Below, piece after piece: positions 7,811-16,940 of a stretch of 64,000 nt of DNA. The DNA comes from a virus. How positions within the stretch are numbered: position 1 is the first letter of the stretch; each line of letters begins with the position of its first letter. The position numbers and the translations under genes are program-made. The stretch lies in IMG/VR virus record IMGVR_UViG_3300036785_000296, positions 1 through 64,000 of that record. The stretch is one strand, 5' to 3'. Below the pieces are notes generated by a model, which worked only from the letters and a program-made list of their open reading frames with translations, was not told the origin of the DNA and did no database searches.

Positions 7811-8646
7811 CTCTCGTCCTCCAGCAAGTCAGCCAGCTTGGCCAGATACGACGACACCTTGCGGCAGGCCTCGACACTCAGCCCCTCGACCGGCTCGTCG
7901 CCGATGATGGCAAGGGTTGCCTTCGGATCGTCATCGATCTGGCCATACGCCAGGATCGTCTCCAGGCAAGTCGAAGCGCTCCGCGCCCGCCGCTCACGCT
8001 CTTCCTCGACGCGCTTCGCTTCCGCGAGCCGTCCCTGGTATGCGCCCTCGGCTTCCAGCAGCGACATCGTCTGTTCGCGCACCTGGGTGGCCAGGTCGAA
8101 CGCGCCTTCTGTCAGCCGCTGCAACCGACCTTCGACGCTCTCGTTCTGGTCGCGGACTTTCACAGCCTCGGCGTAGGCGTCGTTGAGCGTCCGCGTGCCT
8201 GCGAAGACGGCGGGGGCGACGGTCGGGGTCTCCTTGAGGACGAGGCGGGCCTTCGACAGTGTGACCTTGTTGACGCCCTCTTGGTTGTTTCCTGAGGAAA
8301 CATCAGCGCGCTTCAGCTTCTCCGGCTCCGGGTAGACCATCGCGACGGACATCGCGCACTGACCCCTGGTCAAGTGCCGCCTTCGGATATTGTCCGACAG
8401 GATGCGCCGGAGCACGGCAGCTTCGTCGCCCTCGAAGGTCTCGAACCTGGGCTCGACCTCGGCGCGACGGCAGGCCTCCAGGCGATTGCGGCCATCGATC
8501 AGCAGCCCGTCGCGGTCGATCAGCAGCGGATGGTTGAGCCCGTTCTCGGCGATGTCGGCCGCCAGTTCGTCCAGCGCCTCGTCGTCCAGCATCGGGAAGA
8601 GGGCGGCGAAGGGATGGACGCCGTTGATCTGCGAGCCGTCAGCCAT
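7807..8646 (-). CDS. ParB/Srx N-terminal domain protein
   Basis: HPFAALFPML...DIAENGL...LIDGRNRLEAC...NIRRRHLT. Confidence 0.85.
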   Translation of the reverse strand: MADGSQINGVHPFAALFPMLDDEALDELAADIAENGLNHPLLIDRDGLLIDGRNRLEACRRAEVEPRFETFEGDEAAVLRRILSDNIRRRHLTRGQCAMSVAMVYPEPEKLKRADVSSGNNQEGVNKVTLSKARLVLKETPTVAPAVFAGTRTLNDAYAEAVKVRDQNESVEGRLQRLTEGAFDLATQVREQTMSLLEAEGAYQGRLAEAKRVEEERERRARSASTCLETILAYGQIDDDPKATLAIIGDEPVEGLSVEACRKVSSYLAKLADLLEDER

Positions 8647-8661
8647 ATCAACGTCCTTACG

Positions 8662-10170
8662 TCAGGCCGCCAACTTATACCAGACGCCGAGATCAGTGCC
8701 GACGTGGCCGTTGGCCAGCACCAGCGCGTCCCAGTCGTCGGGGCTTTCCCGGCCGCGCTTCTTGAGATCGGCCTTCGCCTCGATCTGGATTTGGCCCCGG
8801 CTGGTGAAGAAGTACTTGATGTCGCCTGCCTCTGCGGCGAGGTCGTCGTCGCCTGGATCGATGTCGATGTCGCCGTCGATGAAGCGCTGGCGCATCCCCC
8901 AGTTCAGCTCGGCGCGCAGGTTCAGGTAGCGCTCGGTCTGCTGGAAGCGCGGATCGTCCGGATCGAGGATCACGGTCGGCTGCTCGCCCACGTTCACCGG
9001 CACGATCTCGACATGCCGCAGCAGCTTGTAGGCATCCTTGCCCGCCTCGCTGTCGTCCAGGCCGTTCTGCAACTCCTTCAGCCGGTCGGTGACGCCGCCG
9101 CCAATGCCGGTGTCATCGACCTTGACCTTCGTCGCGCCGGTCTCGCGGATCGCCACGATCACCCGGCCGGTGGTCTGCATGGTGTCTTCCTTGCCCGAGC
9201 GGAAGACCCTGCGGAACCACGCACCGCGCCGCACGTAGGCGACGCTGTGATCGTCGCCGAAGCGCGCCACGTCCACGCCAAGCTCGCACTCGGTCGGATG
9301 CGGCGTGATCTCGCGGAGCTGCGCGGCGCTGATCGCGCTCAGCGGCACCAAGCCGTCCGTCGCCTGCTCGGGGAACTGGCCCAGCACCTTCGAGCGATAG
9401 ATCGGGCTGTCCTCGCCCCACTTCTTCTTGCGCTCCTCGACCCAGATCGGCGAGACCAGCAGCGGACGCAGGAAGTCGGGCACCTCCTCGCCGGTGAAGT
9501 TCGGGCTCTCGAAGGCGTTCATCTTGATGACGTGCCAGCCCGAGCCCGGCTTGCAGACGTCGTGGAACTCGGTCGAGGGATCGTCCGGATTGCCGATGGC
9601 GAACATCCGCGAGTACTCGTTCGCCGCCATCGATGAGACCGCGTCCCACAGGCCTTTGGCAATGCCGCCCGCCTCGTCCAAGATCACCAGCACATACTTC
9701 TGGTGCAGCCCCTGGATCGAGGTCGGCGCGGTGTCTGAGGGCGAGCGGCCGAACGCCACAAGCTCTTGGTTCTCCAGCTTCCACTCGGTCTGGAGCATGC
9801 GCCCGATCAGGTTGCCCTGCCGATGGATGCGGTTCAGCTCGCGCCAGAGCAGCGCCCTCACCTGGGGCGCGGTCGGCGCCAGGGTCACCACGAAGGCCTC
9901 CCCAGGCTCGTGGCAGGCGATCCACCACGCCGTCAGGATCGCCGCCATGTAGGTCTTGCCCACGTCGTGGCAGCTCTGCACCGCCACCTGACGATTGTCG
10001 CGCACCGCCTCGGCCATCGTCTTCTGCGCCGACCAGAGGAAGCCGTAGAGGTGCTCGAACACGAAGCCGACCGGGTCGTGCTGATAGACCAGCAGCTTAG
10101 AGGTCTTCTCCCTCCGCCTCCGGTCCTGCTCCGCCCTCGCCGCCGCCAGCACTGCCTGCGCGCGCTGCAA
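8662..10170 (-). CDS. terL: Terminase large subunit
   Basis: Walker A SCHDVGKT, Walker B VILDEA, GNP motif, nuclease GVDVARFGDD and SPDDWDAL; start uncertain (TTG 10170 or ATG 10248). Confidence 0.95.
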   Translation of the reverse strand: MQRAQAVLAAARAEQDRRRREKTSKLLVYQHDPVGFVFEHLYGFLWSAQKTMAEAVRDNRQVAVQSCHDVGKTYMAAILTAWWIACHEPGEAFVVTLAPTAPQVRALLWRELNRIHRQGNLIGRMLQTEWKLENQELVAFGRSPSDTAPTSIQGLHQKYVLVILDEAGGIAKGLWDAVSSMAANEYSRMFAIGNPDDPSTEFHDVCKPGSGWHVIKMNAFESPNFTGEEVPDFLRPLLVSPIWVEERKKKWGEDSPIYRSKVLGQFPEQATDGLVPLSAISAAQLREITPHPTECELGVDVARFGDDHSVAYVRRGAWFRRVFRSGKEDTMQTTGRVIVAIRETGATKVKVDDTGIGGGVTDRLKELQNGLDDSEAGKDAYKLLRHVEIVPVNVGEQPTVILDPDDPRFQQTERYLNLRAELNWGMRQRFIDGDIDIDPGDDDLAAEAGDIKYFFTSRGQIQIEAKADLKKRGRESPDDWDALVLANGHVGTDLGVWYKLAA

Positions 10171-10642
10171 AGTCAGCGAGCCGGTCGATGAAGTTGGATA
10201 GCTGAGCGTCACTGAGGCTCTCGAACCGAAGCGGGATGGCGCCGCCATCTTCGCCCGTGTGCCGCTGCGTTGTCACCCTCCCGAAGCGCTTCGGCTGCTT
10301 GTGCGCCGTCGTCCACTTGATCGCGTCGATGGCCACCCGCGCCGCGTTGGCGTCGATCTTCCCCTGCGAGGTCAGGTAGGTGATGCGCTCGGCTTTCTCG
10401 GCATCGCTGAGCGCGCTGTACTCCTTCGCGCGCAGGTACATGTCCGCGAACTCAGGGTGCGCGTCCATCCACTGGTAGACGGTGGACCGCCCCGGCATGT
10501 CGTCGTCATCGTTGCAGATCGTCCAGAGGTCTCTGCCCTGACGCAGGCGGCTGCACAGCTCTTCGGCTAGCTCTGGGGTGTAGGTGGTGGGCGCCCCTGG
10601 CCTACGCTTCTCGGCGAACGGATCGAACGGCTTCTTGGCCAT
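10097..10642 (-). CDS. terS: Terminase small subunit
   Basis: PTTYTPELAEELCSRL...MPGRSTVYQW HTH (P22/Sf6-like); directly upstream of terL. Confidence 0.9.
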   Translation of the reverse strand: MAKKPFDPFAEKRRPGAPTTYTPELAEELCSRLRQGRDLWTICNDDDDMPGRSTVYQWMDAHPEFADMYLRAKEYSALSDAEKAERITYLTSQGKIDANAARVAIDAIKWTTAHKQPKRFGRVTTQRHTGEDGGAIPLRFESLSDAQLSNFIDRLADFAARAGSAGGGEGGAGPEAEGEDL

Positions 10643-10650
10643 GTGGGGCG

Positions 10651-10687
10651 AAAGAGCGGGGCGACGCCGGGAATGGAGCGCCGCCCC
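10651..10687 (-). terminator. Intrinsic terminator-like hairpin just upstream of terS
   Basis: GGGGCGGCGC/GCGTCGCCCC stem then GCUCUUU on minus. Confidence 0.5.
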
Positions 10688-10717
10688 CAGTTTATCGCAG
10701 CACGCGGGGGTGCGCTG

Positions 10718-10846
10718 CTAGTCCTTGTCGGCGGCCTGGGCCTCTTCGGCCTCTTCGTGTTCGTCCGCCTCGTCGGCCTGGGCCTCGACCTTCTCGTCTT
10801 CGACCTTCGGCTCTTCGTGATGCTCGGCGTCGTGGGTGTCGCTCAT
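10718..10846 (-). CDS. Small acidic peptide (42 aa)
   Basis: MSDTHDAEHHEEPKVEDEKVEAQADEADEHEEAEEAQAADKD; AGGAAGG RBS. Confidence 0.55.
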   Translation of the reverse strand: MSDTHDAEHHEEPKVEDEKVEAQADEADEHEEAEEAQAADKD

Positions 10847-10972
10847 GGTCGTCCTTCCTGCGTCACGGGTGCTGATCCGGCGCGCCTTGTCCTGCCTCAA
10901 GCGACGCTTGAGCGCGGCGTCCTCCAGCCTTCGCTGGTCTGGCGAGCGCCGATCCCCCATAGCCCAGGCCCC

Positions 10973-11104
10973 AAAGAGCCCCCGGCCGGTTGCGATGGGC
11001 CGGGAGCCAAGTTGGTCGATCAAGTCGTAGTCGGAACCTCCGACCGCCCCATGAAGACCGGCCGAAGGTCCAGCCACGCTCACGCTTTCTGATATCGTTG
11101 TCAA
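10973..11104 (-). ncRNA. Candidate promoter plus ~100-nt sRNA with terminator
   Basis: TTGACA (11099-11104, minus), two small hairpins, terminator stem 10978-11007 with UCUUU. Confidence 0.4.
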
Positions 11105-12036
11105 GCGCGCCGCCGCTGATGGACATCGTTCCAGTCGCCCTTGTCCTCGTCGGGCAGACGCACGATCACCCTGACCTTCTGGCCGCGCGCGACACGCCGC
11201 GCCAGATCGTAGGTCGCGCCCTCGCCGGTGTAGTAGGGCGGCCCGTCGCGGTCGCCGTAGATATGCAGCAGCCTGCACTCGGGCGGCGGCTCCCAGTTCG
11301 CCAGATGATGCGCGTCGAGCGCCGCCCAGGTCGGGATGCCAAACATCTTCGTGCAGCTCAGCGCGGTCTCGACGCCCTCGCTGACGCCCATCTCTTCGGC
11401 CACTGGAGCGAGGCGCACCGCCCCGCCCACCGGGAAGTCGCCCTTCGTGGTGATCTTGGCCTCCTCCAACGGCGCCTTGCGACCTTCGGGGGTCAGCAGC
11501 ACTGTCTGGAGCTGTAGCGCTCGCAAGCCATCCGCGCTCAGCACGCGCGCGATCAGCGCGGACCATCGCGCCCCTGCCCACTCATATGTCCCCGCCCGCA
11601 ACTCTCTCGGGTACGAGCCCTTCGTGTCGCAGCGGTAGTCGAGATATTGACCAGCAACAGACCCCGGCTCAATCGGCACCGTGTTCTTCCACATCCTGGC
11701 GCGGGCCAGTCGCCAGACCTCCGCATCTGTGGGCGTGCGTAGCGTCGGTGCTGTCATCGGTGCGATCCCTGCTGCCTTGATGATCTCCTCGACGGCGGTC
11801 CAGTAGTCACAGCCAAGCCTGTCCATCACCAGCTTGAGCGGCTTCCCGGCGCCGCAGTGCGTGCATATCCACGTCCCGGTGCCGTCCTTGTCATCGAAGC
11901 GGAACGAGGTCTTGGCGTCGCAGAGCGGGCAGGGGCCGTGCTTGTTTCGCAGCAGCGCGCCGTCGAAGCCTGCGGCGATGGGCAGGATGTCGCGCCAGCG
12001 CCCGTTCAGGGTGTCGAGATCAATGTGCTGCCTCAC
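11101..12036 (-). CDS. Primase-like protein (P4-alpha-type Zn finger + Toprim)
   Basis: KHGPCPLC...FRFDDKDGTGTWICTHCGAG; EGVETALS...IYGDRD...KGDWND. Confidence 0.85.
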   Translation of the reverse strand: MRQHIDLDTLNGRWRDILPIAAGFDGALLRNKHGPCPLCDAKTSFRFDDKDGTGTWICTHCGAGKPLKLVMDRLGCDYWTAVEEIIKAAGIAPMTAPTLRTPTDAEVWRLARARMWKNTVPIEPGSVAGQYLDYRCDTKGSYPRELRAGTYEWAGARWSALIARVLSADGLRALQLQTVLLTPEGRKAPLEEAKITTKGDFPVGGAVRLAPVAEEMGVSEGVETALSCTKMFGIPTWAALDAHHLANWEPPPECRLLHIYGDRDGPPYYTGEGATYDLARRVARGQKVRVIVRLPDEDKGDWNDVHQRRRA

Positions 12037-13528
12037 GGCGCTCCTTCTCCTTCGCCCGGCGGATGTTGCGGCTCTTGACCCACGAGCGCACGAAGGGCTC
12101 GATTTCGGTGGCTGGCGCGACCTCCCGAACGCGACTGTCGTTCGGCCAGACGCCGTACTTCTCCCTGTAGCTGTGCGCCCACCATCCCGGCTTGTAGCCA
12201 AGCTCGATCTCGAAGGCCTTGAGCCCGGCGGCCCAGGCGGCCTTCTCGGTCCACGGCGCCTCCTTGTTCGTCTTCTTGCGCGTCAGCTCGCTCAGCTCGC
12301 CGTCCTGCACCTCCACGTCGCGCGCCTGCGGCGTGGGCTCGAACCCGCACTCCAGGCAGCGCTTGGCGAACTTCGGCAGCAGCGCCGTGCAGTTCGGGTT
12401 GCTGCACTCGCGCGGCAGCGAGGGCTTCTTCTCGACCTCCTCCTTCCGGGGCGTGCCGTCGTGCAGGCGCGTGTGGTGGATTTCGTCGGGGAAGCCGAGC
12501 CGCAGGATCGAGTCCGAGTGGTCGAGGATCAGCAGCTCGTCCTTCGACGGATGCGTGCGAAGGCCCCGGCCCATGATCTGCACCAGCAGCATCTCGCTCT
12601 TCGTCGGCCGCGCCAGCACGATGCAGGCGATGGTCGGCCAGTCGATGCCCACCGTCAGCGTGGCGATGTTGCAGACCACCTCGACCTCGCCGCTGGCGAA
12701 GCCCTTCCTGATCTCCTCGCGCCGCCACTTCGGCGTGCCGCCGTCCTGATAGGCGACCCTGACGCCCGCGCCCGAGAACTGGCGGTGCAGCGAGAGGGCG
12801 TGCGCCCGGTCCACGCCGAACACCAGGGTCGGCATCCCCTTGCCACGCTGGAGCCACGTCGAGACCACGTCCGCCGTGATCGAGCCGCGCTGCATCGCCT
12901 CACTGAGCTGACCCTCCACGTAGTCCGGACCATGCGTGGTCGATGCCGTCTTGACGCCGCTGAGATCGGGATGGCTGGGCGCGAACACCCTGAACTTGCA
13001 TAGGCGGCCGACACGGATCAGGTCCGCCGTCGTCGCCGAGACGATCAGGGCGTTGAACCAGCGGCCCAGTCCGTTCGACCAGGGCGTTGCCGAGAGCCCG
13101 ATCACCGGCGTCTCCAGCCAGTCCTCGATGATCCGCTTGATCACGAGAAACTGCTCGTGGCACTCGTCCACCAGGATCAGGTCCGGCCGCCGCAGCTTGT
13201 CGAGCTTCAGGCCCATCAGCGTCTTCACGCTGACCACCTGAACCGGCTGGGCGTAGTCGGTCATCTGGTGAGACGCCTGCATGACACCGACGCAGCCCCG
13301 AACGCCCTCCTCCCAGAGCATCCGCACCGTCTGGTCGATCAGGTCGATGCGCGGGACCGTGATCCAGACCCGCCGACCCCTCTCCAGCGCGCTCTCCACG
13401 ATCTTCGCCGCCAGGACGCCCTTGCCGTAGCCCGTGGGCGCCATCAGCACCGGCCGCGTCCGCTTCTCGCTCAAGGCGAGCCGAAGCTTGTCCATCGCCA
13501 CCTGCTGGTAACCGTAGAGGGCCCGCAT
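12020..13528 (-). CDS. SF2 DExH helicase with C-terminal Zn ribbon
   Basis: APTGYGK, DECH, SAT, QIMGRGLR, CxxxxC...CLECG. Confidence 0.92.
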   Translation of the reverse strand: MRALYGYQQVAMDKLRLALSEKRTRPVLMAPTGYGKGVLAAKIVESALERGRRVWITVPRIDLIDQTVRMLWEEGVRGCVGVMQASHQMTDYAQPVQVVSVKTLMGLKLDKLRRPDLILVDECHEQFLVIKRIIEDWLETPVIGLSATPWSNGLGRWFNALIVSATTADLIRVGRLCKFRVFAPSHPDLSGVKTASTTHGPDYVEGQLSEAMQRGSITADVVSTWLQRGKGMPTLVFGVDRAHALSLHRQFSGAGVRVAYQDGGTPKWRREEIRKGFASGEVEVVCNIATLTVGIDWPTIACIVLARPTKSEMLLVQIMGRGLRTHPSKDELLILDHSDSILRLGFPDEIHHTRLHDGTPRKEEVEKKPSLPRECSNPNCTALLPKFAKRCLECGFEPTPQARDVEVQDGELSELTRKKTNKEAPWTEKAAWAAGLKAFEIELGYKPGWWAHSYREKYGVWPNDSRVREVAPATEIEPFVRSWVKSRNIRRAKEKERREAAH

Positions 13529-13839
13529 GGCTCAGCTTGCCTCGCCCCTAGCACTCTTCCTGAGAGACCCAGACAAACCGCTGGCCAATGGACAGACATC
13601 CTGGCCTTGAGAGGTTGTCCTCCACGCATGTCGGGCATGAGGGTTCGTTCGAGCGCCCATCCTGGGTCCCTCGCTGTCTGTCGCTTTTTCAGGGGAAGCT
13701 GGCGATGTACCCAGCGCGGCCTAGGCCTCGGCGCGCGCCTCGAAATGCGAGCAGCCGACTACGGCGGCCGGGGCTCTCCGGACGATGCGTCGGCGGACAA
13801 TCTGTGGATAGCCTGTGCGAAAAGTGAGGAGAGGCCCTC

Positions 13840-13869
13840 TTGACCCGGTCCCGTTTCGCTGTCTAGGCT
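13840..13869 (+). promoter_or_regulatory. Putative sigma70 promoter
   Basis: TTGACC-N18-TAGGCT within a 600-bp intergenic region. Confidence 0.4.
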
Positions 13870-14142
13870 TGGTGTCACGTTGGTCTCGTCGCTGTCACAG
13901 GCGATATCAACTAGGCGGTGCCGGGGTCGGTTCAGGACCCCGCCCGCCGCTCAACTTCCCCCCGAAACAGCAGCTCGCGCAAGCCCCCTTGCGATCACGA
14001 TTTGCGACAACAGGCTGAGCCGCCGTGCGCGCGCCAGGAGCCTTGCTGCGCAGCACGGGTACGAGGACACCAGCGCCCCGCCCCTCGTAGATTGGTCTAA
14101 TACCTACTTGATATCAAACCGTGTCGCTGCCATATGTGATTT

Positions 14143-14562
14143 ATGTCAGACGAACACACCTACGAACACAATCGCGTGTGCGCCCAGTGCGGCAAGCCGA
14201 TCCCCGACGAGCGCGCCAAGCGCGTCCTCTACTGCGACAAGGTCTGCAAGCGGGCCTTCCACAACGTCAGCCAGTGTCGCGGCCAGGAGATCATGGCGTT
14301 CCTCGAAGCGCAGCGCAGGCACTGCCGCGCCAAGTCGGGCAAGAACTCGGAGCACTACGAAATCCAGAAGTTCGCGCGCCAGCAAGTTGCCGAGCTTCTC
14401 GCCGACTACCTGCGGGCGGACAAGCTCAGCGGCCGGGACGCCAGCCTGATCGTGAGGGCGCGGATGGAAGAGGGCGTGCTGGTCATGGACAAGCGCCGCC
14501 GCCAGGATCGGCCGCAGCTCAGCTCGAAGCCCTGGTTCATGGAGAAGGAGCAGAGCGCATGA
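14143..14562 (+). CDS. Zn-finger hypothetical protein
   Basis: CAQC...YCDKVC; possibly leaderless. Confidence 0.7.
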   Translation: MSDEHTYEHNRVCAQCGKPIPDERAKRVLYCDKVCKRAFHNVSQCRGQEIMAFLEAQRRHCRAKSGKNSEHYEIQKFARQQVAELLADYLRADKLSGRDASLIVRARMEEGVLVMDKRRRQDRPQLSSKPWFMEKEQSA

Positions 14563-14756
14563 GCAGGGAGAAGCCCATCGCGTGGCTGATCCGCGAGGAC
14601 TTCGGCGTCAACCGCCCGCGCGTGATGGCGGGCAAGATGTACGTCAGCGAGGACGCGGCCAGGGCGGCGGCGGTGCGGCTGACCAACCGGCACCGGCTCT
14701 GCACCGCGTTCCCGGTGTTCAACCCGACGCCCAAGCAGTTGGGGTGGGTCACATGA
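14559..14756 (+). CDS. Hypothetical protein
   Basis: ATGA-coupled, AAGGAG RBS. Confidence 0.6.
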   Translation: MSREKPIAWLIREDFGVNRPRVMAGKMYVSEDAARAAAVRLTNRHRLCTAFPVFNPTPKQLGWVT

Positions 14757-14977
14757 AGGGCTGGGCCGTCGCCGAGGCCCAGCACGGGATCGTCGTCAAC
14801 TCGGTGGCCGACAGCCGGCGCAGCGCCATCGTCAACTGGTTCGCCGTCAGCGGGCCGCGCGTGGTGACGCTCGACTCGGCGACCGACGAACAGATCGAGG
14901 GGGTGTGGCGCAGGCTCGCGCCGCGCTATGGGGCAGAGGTCATCGAGGTCGAGGTCACCCCATGCCACCTGAACTGA
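14753..14977 (+). CDS. Hypothetical protein
   Basis: ATGA-coupled. Confidence 0.55.
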   Translation: MKGWAVAEAQHGIVVNSVADSRRSAIVNWFAVSGPRVVTLDSATDEQIEGVWRRLAPRYGAEVIEVEVTPCHLN

Positions 14978-15621
14978 ACGCGGCGATCCGTGGCATCCCG
15001 ATGCCGGAGCTGATGCAGAAGCTGCCCGTCGATGAGCGCGGCTTCCCGGTCCCGTGGTTCGTGGCGTGGTTCGGGGACAAGCCCGACTTCCGGGTCGCGG
15101 ACGAGCGCAAGTGGTTCGTGGCGATCAAGAAGGACCGCTGCTGGCTCTGCGGTGGGCCGCTGGGCAGGCTCAAGGTCTCGGTGATCGGGCCGATGTGTAC
15201 GATCAGCCGCTCGACCGCCGAGCCGCCGTGCCACCCAGGCTGCGCCCGCTACGCGGTGATGACCTGTCCGTTCATGACCAAGCCCCGGATGCGCCGCAAC
15301 GAGAAGGACTTGCCCGAGGAGCGCCAGCCGCCGGGCGGCGTGATGATCGAGCGGAACCCCGGCGTGATCGCGCTCTGGGCCTCGCTGCGGATGAGCAAGA
15401 TGTTCGACGCGGGCGACAAACGCCTGCTGCTGGAGGTCGGCTCGCCCCACTACGTCGAGTGGTACAGCCAGGGCAGGCTCGCGACGCGCAAGGAGTGCAT
15501 GGAGGCGATCCAGTCAGGCCTGCCGCTGCTGCGCGCCGAGGCCGAGCGCGATGGCGACGAAGGGATCGCGGCGCTCGGGCGGATGACGCTTGAGACGATC
15601 TCAATGCTGCCGGGAACCTGA
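14962..15621 (+). CDS. Conserved phage Cys-rich hypothetical protein
   Basis: RGFPVPWFV...CWLCG...GPMC...EPPCHPGCARYA...CPF. Confidence 0.8.
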   Translation: MPPELNAAIRGIPMPELMQKLPVDERGFPVPWFVAWFGDKPDFRVADERKWFVAIKKDRCWLCGGPLGRLKVSVIGPMCTISRSTAEPPCHPGCARYAVMTCPFMTKPRMRRNEKDLPEERQPPGGVMIERNPGVIALWASLRMSKMFDAGDKRLLLEVGSPHYVEWYSQGRLATRKECMEAIQSGLPLLRAEAERDGDEGIAALGRMTLETISMLPGT

Positions 15622-15622
15622 G

Positions 15623-15808
15623 ATGGCGTTCACCACCCCCGAGCTGATCCGCGAGATCAGGCGCGAGCTGAAGCAGCGCGAGCGGGTTTACCCCAGGCTG
15701 GTCGCCCAGCACACGCTGAGCCAACAGCTCGCCGACGAGCAGATCGCCAAGATGCAAGCGGTGCTGGCGATCCTGCTCAAGCTGGACGAGGCCGAGCGGC
15801 TGATATGA
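15623..15808 (+). CDS. Hypothetical protein
   Basis: RELKQRERVYPRLV; coupled. Confidence 0.65.
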   Translation: MAFTTPELIREIRRELKQRERVYPRLVAQHTLSQQLADEQIAKMQAVLAILLKLDEAERLI

Positions 15809-16035
15809 AGCTGGTCTGGGTCTACCGCGCGCCGGGCGGCTGGAGCATCCGGCGTCAGTCCGATGGCGCGTATCTGCTGAGACGGGATAGCCGCTACGGC
15901 GCGCTCACCACCGAGCTGAAGAGCCTGCCGGCCGCTAAGCTGGAGGCGCAGCGCATCGCCGATCAGGAAGACCCCGAGGATGCGCGGAAGCGGCGTCGGG
16001 CTCGGGCTTGGCGCCCCCGCAAAGCGAGGCCGTGA
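15805..16035 (+). CDS. Hypothetical protein
   Basis: ATGA-coupled. Confidence 0.55.
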   Translation: MKLVWVYRAPGGWSIRRQSDGAYLLRRDSRYGALTTELKSLPAAKLEAQRIADQEDPEDARKRRRARAWRPRKARP

Positions 16036-16199
16036 TGGGACGCAAGGTGCATCGGGGCGTGATGATCGAGCATGAGCCGCCGCTGATGCGGCGCGAGGAC
16101 AAGAAGCCGCCGCCGCCCGGCGACCGCGTGCTGAAGGGCAAGGACGGCTCGAAGTACTTCATCGACGGCGCGTCGGGGCGCGTGACGAAACTGAGCTAG
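16035..16199 (+). CDS. Hypothetical protein
   Basis: TGATG-coupled. Confidence 0.5.
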   Translation: MGRKVHRGVMIEHEPPLMRREDKKPPPPGDRVLKGKDGSKYFIDGASGRVTKLS

Positions 16200-16432
16200 A
16201 GCCAGCTATCCTTGATCGACTTGCCGCTCACCATGATCACCGGCGCTCGGTAGGCCCGGCCCATGTGAAAGGCGCAGTAGTTGGCGATGCCGCAGGGTCG
16301 GCCGCAGAAGCCGAAGCCCGGCATGCTCGGCGTGCCGATGGGCCACTTGCAGACGCCGCGCCGCAAGCTCTCGACGCTGGCGATGGTGGGCGTCAGCTCC
16401 GGCGCCAGCGGCTGGAGGAGCTTGCCGGACAA
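16196..16432 (-). CDS. gcrA: GcrA-family protein, C-terminal domain only
   Basis: L...CKWPIGTP...FGFCG...YCAFHMGRAY is the GcrA C-terminal signature; TTG start 1 nt after ruvC stop. Confidence 0.8.
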   Translation of the reverse strand: MSGKLLQPLAPELTPTIASVESLRRGVCKWPIGTPSMPGFGFCGRPCGIANYCAFHMGRAYRAPVIMVSGKSIKDSWL

Positions 16433-16433
16433 C

Positions 16434-16940
16434 TCAGCCTCGCAACTTGAACGCTGGCCGGAACTGCATCGCCGCCTCCGGGGCCAACAATCGAAGAGTG
16501 GAGAGCCATACGCCGAAAGCATCGGCCTCGTCGTGGTAAGAGATGGTGAGCCCGTACTGCTGCGCCGCCGCCACCATCTCGGGCTTCGAGGCACGCCCGC
16601 CGCCGGTCAGCGCGATCTTCACCTGTTGGGGCGACACGCGGCGGCAGGGCATCTTCTGCTCGCGGCAGACGAGGCCGGTGATCGCCTGGAGGCCGAAGGT
16701 GATCTCCACCGACGCATGGCTGGTGAAGCGCGCCAGGACCGGGCGCTCCCAGACGATGAGGGTCGGGTGGAAGTCGCGGACGACGCCGGTCAGCCAGTGG
16801 TGGTGCGCCTCGAAGAACGGCTCAAGCTCGGCGCCGCCGCCGCGATGCGGGTTCTGCCGCGAACCCACGGCTGGGAGGCGGCTTCCGTCGCCGACACACC
16901 AACCTGTTCGAGTACCATGATCCAATGCGAGCAGTCTCAA
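16434..16940 (-). CDS. ruvC: RuvC-like Holliday junction resolvase
   Basis: LALDHGTRTGW, WERP, K..LTGGGRASK, HDEADAFG. Confidence 0.88.
   Translation of the reverse strand: MRLLALDHGTRTGWCVGDGSRLPAVGSRQNPHRGGGAELEPFFEAHHHWLTGVVRDFHPTLIVWERPVLARFTSHASVEITFGLQAITGLVCREQKMPCRRVSPQQVKIALTGGGRASKPEMVAAAQQYGLTISYHDEADAFGVWLSTLRLLAPEAAMQFRPAFKLRG

Noticed and set aside
13532-13660. 42-codon minus-strand ORF upstream of the helicase
   Set aside because: Atypical codon usage and no recognisable motif; more likely non-coding
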